The notes beneath the pieces were generated by a model. The model was given only the letters and a program-made list of their open reading frames with translations, was not told the DNA's origin and ran no database searches. From assembly GCA_937891015.1 (NCBI GenBank), contig CALAPY010000092.1:35125-59124 (forward strand): DNA of 24,000 bases, read 5' to 3'. The position numbers were made by a program, and so were the translations under genes. Shown piece after piece: positions 18,509 through 24,000 of this stretch. The stretch comes from an uncultured Flavobacteriales bacterium (GTDB lineage: Bacteria; Bacteroidota; Bacteroidia; Flavobacteriales_G; Salibacteraceae). How positions within the stretch are numbered: the first letter of the stretch is position 1; the number at the start of each line of letters is the position of its first letter.

Positions 18509-19149
18509 GTTTTTCACTTGCAATTTCCGATTTCCGAACTCCTTTTAAAAAGAACAGCCTTTTAATTGGAATGGTTTTAACCTTCGTTCTGTTATGGGCC
18601 TCTACCCTGTTTCAAACTACCGACCTTAACAACTGGTTCCTGGAAAACCTTCTGGTTATCTTGTTTCTTTCGGTGCTGTCCTTAACCTATTCCAGATATA
18701 AGTTCAGTGACTTATCCTATCTTATGATATTTGTTTACTTGTGCTTACACATTCATGGTGCCATGCACACCTATGCGGAAGCACCCATTGGTTATTGGCT
18801 GTCTGATGCGCTTAGTTGGTCCCGGAATAATTACGATCGAATCGTACATTTTTCGTTTGGCTTTTTATTGGCCTATCCCATGCGCGAAGTATTTCTCAAT
18901 ATTCTTAAGGTAAAACGATGGGTGGCCTGGTTGCTTCCCATGGAAATCACACTTTCCTTTAGCGGAATGTATGAGATTATTGAATGGTCAGTGGCCGACT
19001 TATTTTTCCCCGAACAGGGAGTTGCCTATCTCGGCACGCAGGGAGACATTTGGGATGCCCAAAAAGACATGGCTCTTGCCTTTCTGGGCTCTATCCTTAT
19101 TACTATAATCGTATTGGCCATTCGCAAGGCGTGGCGAATAGAAACCTGA
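18505..19149 (+). CDS. DUF2238 / YjdF-like inner-membrane protein
   Basis: 214 aa, multi-TM. HIHGAMHTYAEAPIGYWL...RNNYDRIVHFSFGFLLAYPMREV and YEIIEW match my memory of the YjdF family. ATGA overlap with the upstream gene. Confidence 0.5.
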   Translation: MSFSLAISDFRTPFKKNSLLIGMVLTFVLLWASTLFQTTDLNNWFLENLLVILFLSVLSLTYSRYKFSDLSYLMIFVYLCLHIHGAMHTYAEAPIGYWLSDALSWSRNNYDRIVHFSFGFLLAYPMREVFLNILKVKRWVAWLLPMEITLSFSGMYEIIEWSVADLFFPEQGVAYLGTQGDIWDAQKDMALAFLGSILITIIVLAIRKAWRIET

Positions 19150-19153
19150 AAAC

Positions 19154-21310
19154 TTATTCTGCTGCTACGGGAAACCCTCTATCCCGCATTAATGCGTCAA
19201 TCTTTGCGTCTCTTCCTCTAAACAATCGATATGCCTCCGCAGGATCGATGGCGTTTCGTGGTGCGAATAAATACTTCACTGCTTTATCAGCTAATTCTTT
19301 GTCGTAAAAGCCGTTTGGAGCTTCAGCGAATGCCTCTGCAGCATCGGCGGTTAACACATCGGCCCACATGTATCCATAATAGGCGGTCGCATATCCCTCA
19401 CCGGAGAACACATGGCCAAAGTGTGGGGTTCTATGCCGCATGGGTAATTCTTTTGGCATCTTCATTTCTGTCAAGGTCTCTCGCTCAAATTTATCGATGT
19501 CAATTTCAGCTGGGTCGGCCAGGTGAAGCTTCATGTCCATAATAGCCGAAGCTAGATATTCGGTCGTAGCAAACCCCTGGTTAAAGGTGCTTGCCTTTTT
19601 AATTTTTGCAGCTAATTCGGCCGGCATAGGCTCCCCGGTTTGGCTATGCACCAGGTAATTATTAATCACCTCATCGGTAGACAACCAGCGTTCGAGCAGT
19701 TGCGATTGAAATTCAGTATAGTCCCTAACTCCACCATTCAAGGTTGGGTATTTTACATTGGCGGAAAAGAAGTGTAATGCATGGCCAAACTCGTGGAAGA
19801 AAGTTGTCGCGTCATCCCAGGAAACCAACAACGCTTCTCCGGGCGCAGGTTTTACAAAATTTGAATTGTTGGACGCCAATACGTTTTTATCTCCATCAAA
19901 ACTAGATTGGCTTCGATATGTCGTTGCCCAGGCACCCGATCGTTTTCCTTTTCTTGCATAGGGGTCAAGGTACCAAAGCCCTACATTTTCACCCGTATTG
20001 ATGTCGGTTACCTCCCACACTTTTACATCTTCATGAAATACAGGGACGGAACCCTCCGGTACAGGAGTGAATTTGAAATTGAAAAGCTTTCCCGCAACCA
20101 TATGCATGGCCTCAGTAAGTTTGTTCAATTGCAGGTACTGTTTTACTTCCTCTGAATTTAAATCGTATTTCTCCTTTCGTACTTTTTCGGCATAGAAACG
20201 ATAATCCCAGGGTTCAATGGTAATGTTATCGCCGTTCTTATTGGTTATGGCTTGCATATCGGCTACTTCTTCCGCAACGCGTGCGATAGCAGCAGGCCAT
20301 ACCGCCTCCATAAGGGCCATGGCATTTTCAGGGGTTTTGGCCATTCGGTCTTGCAAGCGCCACTCAGCATAGTTTTTATACCCAAGAATTTCAACTTTTT
20401 TCCTTCGAAGCCTTAGTATTTCAGCAATCAGTTCGTTGTTATCGTATTCATCGCCATTGTCTCCCCGAGAGTAATAGTTGGTCCACACTTGCTTCCGTAA
20501 ATCCCTTTCGGTGGAGTATGTCAAAAACGGATCCATGGAAGAACGGCTATTGGTAATAGCGTACTTACCTTCCTGGCCTTTATCTGCGGCAATTCTTGCT
20601 GCGGATTTAATAAACCCTTCCGACAAACCACCCAACTGGTCTTCGTTGAGGTAGGTTACGTAATTTTCTTCATCGTGTAGTACGTTATTTGAAAACTGGG
20701 TGTAGAGGCTTGAAAGCTCTTTGCTCAATTTGGCATATTCTGCCTTTTTCTCTGCATCCAATTCAGCCCCTTTCATGGTAAACCCTAAGTAGGTTAACTC
20801 TACTACCCGCTGTTGTTCTGCTGGGAGCGGTGTTTTCTGTGAAGCTTCATAAACGGTTTTTATCCGTTTAAATAGTTTTTCGTTCTGGGTTATTTTGGAT
20901 TGGAAGTCAGAAAATAATGGCGCAAGTTCCTTTTGAATTTCCCTAAATTCAGGAGAAGACATGTTGGCGCTTAATATTCCGTAATAAGCAAACAGTCGAT
21001 TAAGTTCTGCACCTGACCGCTCCATCTCCGCTATTGTATTTTCGAAAGTAGGAGCTTCAGAGTTGTTTGCAATGGCATCTATTTCTTTTAGTTTGATTTC
21101 CATGCCTAGCATTACGGCCGGCTTTACATCTTCTATTTTAACCTGATCAAAAGCAGGAACACCACCATAAGGCCCTGACCATTCTTTTAGGAGTATATTA
21201 TCAATCATGTGTTCTTCTTTAGTCTCTTCTTGTTGAGCGCATCCATAGAATAACAGGGTTACACCTGTTAGTGCCAATAGGCTAATTGCTTTAAACGATT
21301 TAGTCATCAT
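19154..21310 (-). CDS. dcp: peptidyl-dipeptidase Dcp / M3-family zinc metallopeptidase, lipoprotein form
   Basis: HEFGH zinc motif at 19781..19795 (minus strand) within FFHEFGHALHF. Full-length M3 architecture with signal/lipobox LLFYGCAQ. The start was moved to the ATG at 21310 (MMTKSF...) because the track's ATG at 21331 sits inside a -7-like box directly after a T-run. Confidence 0.82.
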   Translation of the reverse strand: MMTKSFKAISLLALTGVTLLFYGCAQQEETKEEHMIDNILLKEWSGPYGGVPAFDQVKIEDVKPAVMLGMEIKLKEIDAIANNSEAPTFENTIAEMERSGAELNRLFAYYGILSANMSSPEFREIQKELAPLFSDFQSKITQNEKLFKRIKTVYEASQKTPLPAEQQRVVELTYLGFTMKGAELDAEKKAEYAKLSKELSSLYTQFSNNVLHDEENYVTYLNEDQLGGLSEGFIKSAARIAADKGQEGKYAITNSRSSMDPFLTYSTERDLRKQVWTNYYSRGDNGDEYDNNELIAEILRLRRKKVEILGYKNYAEWRLQDRMAKTPENAMALMEAVWPAAIARVAEEVADMQAITNKNGDNITIEPWDYRFYAEKVRKEKYDLNSEEVKQYLQLNKLTEAMHMVAGKLFNFKFTPVPEGSVPVFHEDVKVWEVTDINTGENVGLWYLDPYARKGKRSGAWATTYRSQSSFDGDKNVLASNNSNFVKPAPGEALLVSWDDATTFFHEFGHALHFFSANVKYPTLNGGVRDYTEFQSQLLERWLSTDEVINNYLVHSQTGEPMPAELAAKIKKASTFNQGFATTEYLASAIMDMKLHLADPAEIDIDKFERETLTEMKMPKELPMRHRTPHFGHVFSGEGYATAYYGYMWADVLTADAAEAFAEAPNGFYDKELADKAVKYLFAPRNAIDPAEAYRLFRGRDAKIDALMRDRGFPVAAE

Positions 21311-21337
21311 CTTGTTTTTTAGGGAGAACATAAATAC

Positions 21338-21357
21338 AAAAAAAGGAGAGTACTCTC
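21338..21357 (-). terminator. weak terminator-like element (short palindrome plus T7) upstream of dcp
   Basis: On the minus strand: GAGAGTACTCTC palindrome (21346..21357) followed by C and TTTTTTT (21338..21344). The stem is only 4-5 bp, so it is weak. Confidence 0.3.
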
Positions 21358-21385
21358 ACTTACCGCTTATGTATTTATAGGCATT

Positions 21386-21416
21386 TGGCCCGGACGAGAC
21401 TCGAACCCGCGACCCC
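21386..21416 (-). pseudogene. orphan tRNA 3'-half-like element (variable loop, T-arm, 3' acceptor strand, discriminator A)
   Basis: On the minus strand: GGGGTC-GCGGG-TTCGAGT-CTCGT-CCGGGCC-A. It has a canonical T-loop and 5-bp T stem (two G-U pairs). No GG[CT][CT][CT]GG 5' acceptor partner and no D-arm or anticodon arm occur anywhere between it and tRNA-Val. Confidence 0.45.
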
Positions 21417-21531
21417 ATTGGGCTTTGGCTTTTCACACCGGTCAATGTGAGTTTCACTTTGATCGAGATTAGCTGCGCTGATCTCTTGTGGGGGAGGTAC
21501 AAATAAAAGCTCCTTGCACTTCTCGCAAATA

Positions 21532-21611
21532 CTTTTTTAGTTTGTCACGCCCATCGAAGCCCGCCTGCCTGTCAGACAGGCAAACTTCGTAAGCGTTCTA
21601 AACTAAAAAAG
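21532..21611. repeat. ~80-nt extended imperfect palindrome (long hairpin)
   Basis: Perfect 12-nt outer arms: CTTTTTTAGTTT (21532..21543) and AAACTAAAAAAG (21600..21611). Inner pairs are ACGC/GCGT and CGAAG/CTTCG. The central element is a perfect 8-bp palindrome, TGCCTGTC-A-GACAGGCA. Confidence 0.7.
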
Positions 21612-21637
21612 CCCCTTCCGTTTCACGAAAGAGGCTT
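21604..21637 (-). terminator. rho-independent terminator after tRNA-Val
   Basis: On the minus strand: AAGCCTCTTTCG-TGAAA-CGGAAGGGGCTT (12 bp, two G-U pairs) followed by TTTTTT. Confidence 0.7.
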
Positions 21638-21644
21638 TTACTTG

Positions 21645-21719
21645 TGGGCGATGAGAGATTCGAACTCCCGACCCCCTGGGTGTAAACCAGGTGCTCTGAA
21701 CCAACTGAGCTAATCGCCC
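21645..21719 (-). tRNA. tRNA-Val (anticodon TAC), CCA not encoded
   Basis: The reverse complement folds as GGGCGAT/ATCGCCC acceptor, GCTC..GAGC D stem, CCTGG-TTTACAC-CCAGG anticodon arm, GGGAG-TTCGAAT-CTCTC T arm and discriminator A. Confidence 0.9.
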
Positions 21720-21720
21720 G

Positions 21721-21749
21721 AAAAAAAGAACTGGTCCCGAATTTTCGGG
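21721..21749 (-). terminator. hairpin plus T-run after the ABC transporter gene
   Basis: On the minus strand: CCCGA-AAAT-TCGGG (21736..21749), then ACCAGTTC and TTTTTTT (21721..27). The stem is short and the T-run is offset by 8 nt. Confidence 0.35.
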
Positions 21750-21752
21750 CTG

Positions 21753-21782
21753 CAAATATAGTGCGATTTCTAATTATTGCAA
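21753..21782 (-). promoter_or_regulatory. Bacteroidota-type promoter for tRNA-Val (TTG-N19-TATATTTG)
   Basis: On the minus strand: TTG (21782..21780), exactly 19 nt, then TATATTTG (21760..21753). Both elements and the spacing match the TTG/TAnnTTTG consensus. The box ends 33 nt upstream of the tRNA 5' end. Confidence 0.55.
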
Positions 21783-21788
21783 GGTTTT

Positions 21789-24000
21789 TTATTCTGGTTT
21801 TGTTTTGCCCATAAACCTCATGTTCATCAGCTTATTAAGCAGGTCGAAATAGAGGACCAGCATTAAACCAAAGCTAATCAGCCAAAGAATAACCACATTG
21901 TACCAATAGGTGGGGTATAGTTTTCCAAATATGGGTTTCTTACTCGCATAAAAATGATTGACTCCTTCCTCGGGAAGTTGGTAAACCAGGTTTTCGTTTC
22001 TCAACAACTCGCCCTCGGTTTCAACCAGTTTTTTAATTCCGTTTTTGTTATTTAAAAACTCCCACAACTGCTCATTTTCATGGCTGGTTTTAAATTTAAA
22101 AAACGCCTCTTCTCCTCCCAGCTGCTTTTTTAAGGCAAAGGTAATCTCGTCTTTTTCTACCGAATATTTTTGAACCATCCGGTTGTAATAGTTCCTTAAA
22201 ACCTGAATAAAGGCTCTCATTTGCTCCACATCAACAAGTGATACCTTACTCAAATCATCGTGTTTTTCTCCATTCCAATGAACAATTTCTTTTTCAGGCA
22301 ATTCACTAAATTCACTATAGATCAGCGATGTTTTATAGACAACTTCTTCCTGCGACTTTGGTTCCTTGAGTTCCTTTTTTAAGTTGTTTTCAATGGCGCT
22401 AATGGCCGCTTCAATTTCAGGAACCCAATAGTTTTTCATGAAATTATAATGGTACAACCTGGAGTTGACATCGTAAAAGTTAACCTCATAAGCATTGGTT
22501 GTAACCTGCTCCACGGCTAATGCCTCGTACGCCCACCTCGATGCCATAATATTACCTATAAGCGGAACACCTCGTTGGGCTGAGAACCAGGGATTGAGTT
22601 CGTTATACTTTACCAACAAGCCACTAAATAGTATTTGGGGAATAATGATAAATGGAATAAGAATGTAAATGGTGACCACTTTCTTAAAACTCGCTGAAAT
22701 ATTTAAACCGGTAACATTGGCAAAACAAGCGGCAGAGAACAATACCATCCAATATTGAAAGGTCATGCCCTCAATTCCTAAAATGGCATTTCCTATGATT
22801 ACGTAAAGAAAAACCTGAACACTGGAAATGGTAAACTGAATTAGCACTTTGGATGCCAGGTAGCCTCCCACACTTAAATTTAAAAAACGCTCCCTTACCC
22901 GAATTTTTTTGTCCTTAATAATCTCTTCGGCACTTACCGACATCCCCAAAAACAGCGCAACAACAACTGAAATAAACAAGTAGGCCAGTACATTACCGTT
23001 GTCCCTGAATACGTACTCCGATGTTCCACCAAACTCGTTTCTATACCTTAAAAAACCAGCAATAATGACGGCCAAAACGGGTGCCTCTAACAAGTTAACC
23101 ACTAAGTATTGCGTGTTCGATATCTTAGAGAGGACGTCGCGCATTACAAAAACCTTAAATTGTTTTAGAAGTTTCGGTATTGCAAACTCAATCTTAGGAA
23201 TCTTACTCGGTGCTTTAGGAGTAGAAAGGCCCTTACTAATTTGTTCTTTGTATCTGTTTCTCCAGTCTTTCGGACTCTTTTTTCGCTCGTTGGTTAAATC
23301 GCCGTATTCGTCAACTACTTTGGCTTCTATGATATCAAAAACCTGCTCGGGGTTAACGTTTCCACAACTTAAACAATCACCATTATCACTACTTAACTGA
23401 CCACTTGCATCCCTAAAATAGGAGATGCTATCCAGTGGGTCGCCCTGATAAATCAGGTATCCTCCTTTGTCCAATATCAGTAGTTTGTCAAACATTTTAA
23501 AAATATCAGAGCTTGGTTGGTGAATTACAACAAAAACAATTTTTCCCTTTAGGGTTAATTCTTTAAGCAGGTCCATAATGTTTTCAGAGTCTCTGGAACT
23601 TAGCCCTGAAGTTGGTTCATCAACAAAAAGAATGGATGGTTCACGAATCAACTCCAAAGCAATGTTTAGTCTTTTTCGTTGACCCCCACTAATGGTCTTC
23701 TCCAAAACTGAACCTACCTTGAGGTCACTGGTTTCACTTAAGCCCAGTGAGCTTAAAATTTCCAACACCCTGTCCTTGACTTCTCTGTCATGAAGGTTTC
23801 CAAAACTGAGAAGGGCATTGAAATAAAGGTTTTGAAAAACGGTTAAATCTTCAATGAGTAAATCATCCTGAGGCACATATCCAATCAACCCTTCAACCAA
23901 TGGGTTGTTGTCGTGAATGCTAATATCGTTAACACAAACCTTTCCCGCCGATGGTGTATAATTTCCATTGAGCACATTGATCAGTGTTGATTTTCCGGTG
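21789..24000 (-). CDS. fused ABC transporter ATPase + ABC-2/ABCG-type permease (5' end outside window)
   Basis: The reading frame stays open past the track's GTG at 23975 and encodes the Walker A tail TGKSTLINVLNG at the window edge. It also has the signature ISGGQRKRL, Walker B ILFVDEPTSGLS and an H-loop VIHQPS, followed by six TM helices and a long insert before the last one. Confidence 0.8.
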   Translation of the reverse strand, partial: TGKSTLINVLNGNYTPSAGKVCVNDISIHDNNPLVEGLIGYVPQDDLLIEDLTVFQNLYFNALLSFGNLHDREVKDRVLEILSSLGLSETSDLKVGSVLEKTISGGQRKRLNIALELIREPSILFVDEPTSGLSSRDSENIMDLLKELTLKGKIVFVVIHQPSSDIFKMFDKLLILDKGGYLIYQGDPLDSISYFRDASGQLSSDNGDCLSCGNVNPEQVFDIIEAKVVDEYGDLTNERKKSPKDWRNRYKEQISKGLSTPKAPSKIPKIEFAIPKLLKQFKVFVMRDVLSKISNTQYLVVNLLEAPVLAVIIAGFLRYRNEFGGTSEYVFRDNGNVLAYLFISVVVALFLGMSVSAEEIIKDKKIRVRERFLNLSVGGYLASKVLIQFTISSVQVFLYVIIGNAILGIEGMTFQYWMVLFSAACFANVTGLNISASFKKVVTIYILIPFIIIPQILFSGLLVKYNELNPWFSAQRGVPLIGNIMASRWAYEALAVEQVTTNAYEVNFYDVNSRLYHYNFMKNYWVPEIEAAISAIENNLKKELKEPKSQEEVVYKTSLIYSEFSELPEKEIVHWNGEKHDDLSKVSLVDVEQMRAFIQVLRNYYNRMVQKYSVEKDEITFALKKQLGGEEAFFKFKTSHENEQLWEFLNNKNGIKKLVETEGELLRNENLVYQLPEEGVNHFYASKKPIFGKLYPTYWYNVVILWLISFGLMLVLYFDLLNKLMNMRFMGKTKPE

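Noticed and set aside
19231-20155. Plus-strand ORFs antisense to dcp, and 22999..23400 antisense to the ABC gene
   Set aside because: Shadow ORFs inside genes with clear catalytic motifs (HEFGH; Walker B and signature).
21311-21331. ATG at 21331 as the dcp start
   Set aside because: That ATG lies inside a -7-like TATTTATG box directly after a T7 run. The ATG pair at 21310/21307 gives a normal lipoprotein signal peptide (MMTKSFKAISLLALTGVTLLFYGC). This remains uncertain.
21386-21644. tmRNA (ssrA) gene, suggested by the GGTCGCGGGTTCGAGTC...A 3' end and a GGGCTTCGATGGGCG stretch resembling the tmRNA 5' region
   Set aside because: - The 3' acceptor strand is CCGGGCC-A, not the alanine-identity CAGCUCC-ACCA with G3-U70.
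- No complementary 5' strand exists.
- No tag ORF ends in the usual ...LAA/AAA stop.
- Only ~260 nt are available, against roughly 350-400 nt for Bacteroidota tmRNAs.
21736-21749. Perfect palindrome CCCGAATTTTCGGG
   Set aside because: On checking, it is not a perfect palindrome. Only a 5-bp stem (CCCGA/TCGGG) with a 4-nt loop forms. I kept it only as a low-confidence terminator that overlaps the tRNA-Val promoter region.
1-24000. CRISPR arrays, transposases or integrases, phage genes, toxin-antitoxin or known defence-system genes
   Set aside because: None were seen. All large ORFs have housekeeping or envelope identities, and the only repeats are the short ones reported above. The window looks like core genome, and I do not want to over-interpret it.

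Overview
This window looks like ordinary core chromosome from a Bacteroidota-type bacterium (Flavobacteriia/Cytophagia-like), not an accessory island. The lineage call rests on gene content, lipoprotein signals and several exact TAnnTTTG -7 promoter boxes. I found no CRISPR array, transposase, integrase or recognisable defence or toxin genes.

Gene order, left to right:
- A truncated small ORF coupled to ftsX (-), then ftsX (-).
- leuS (+), followed after only 11 nt by a compact biotin operon: bioF-bioD-bioA-[FabF/FabB-like ketoacyl synthase]-bioB (+).
- A PKD-domain lipoprotein (-).
- A long minus-strand envelope cluster: coaX, beta-barrel OMP, TPR protein, lptC, a 68-aa membrane protein, a CNNM/CorC-type CBS protein and ppiD.
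- tRNA-Phe (+).
- A translationally coupled pair (+): a CREST/ceramidase-like 7-TM hydrolase and a DUF2238/YjdF-like membrane protein.
- The M3 peptidase dcp (-).
- A roughly 310-nt ORF-free structured spacer.
- tRNA-Val (-).
- A fused ABCG-type ATPase-permease that runs off the right edge (-).

Three items are most worth a second look:
1. A Cys-His-His elongating ketoacyl synthase sits inside the bio operon, and no known pimelate-arm gene (bioC/H/G/W/I/Z) is in view.
2. The dcp/tRNA-Val spacer holds an orphan tRNA 3'-half (T-arm plus acceptor strand with no 5' partner), an ~80-nt extended imperfect palindrome, and terminator-like elements at both ends.
3. The ceramidase-like/DUF2238 gene pair.

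All family calls come from motifs read by eye in the supplied translations. No database search was possible.
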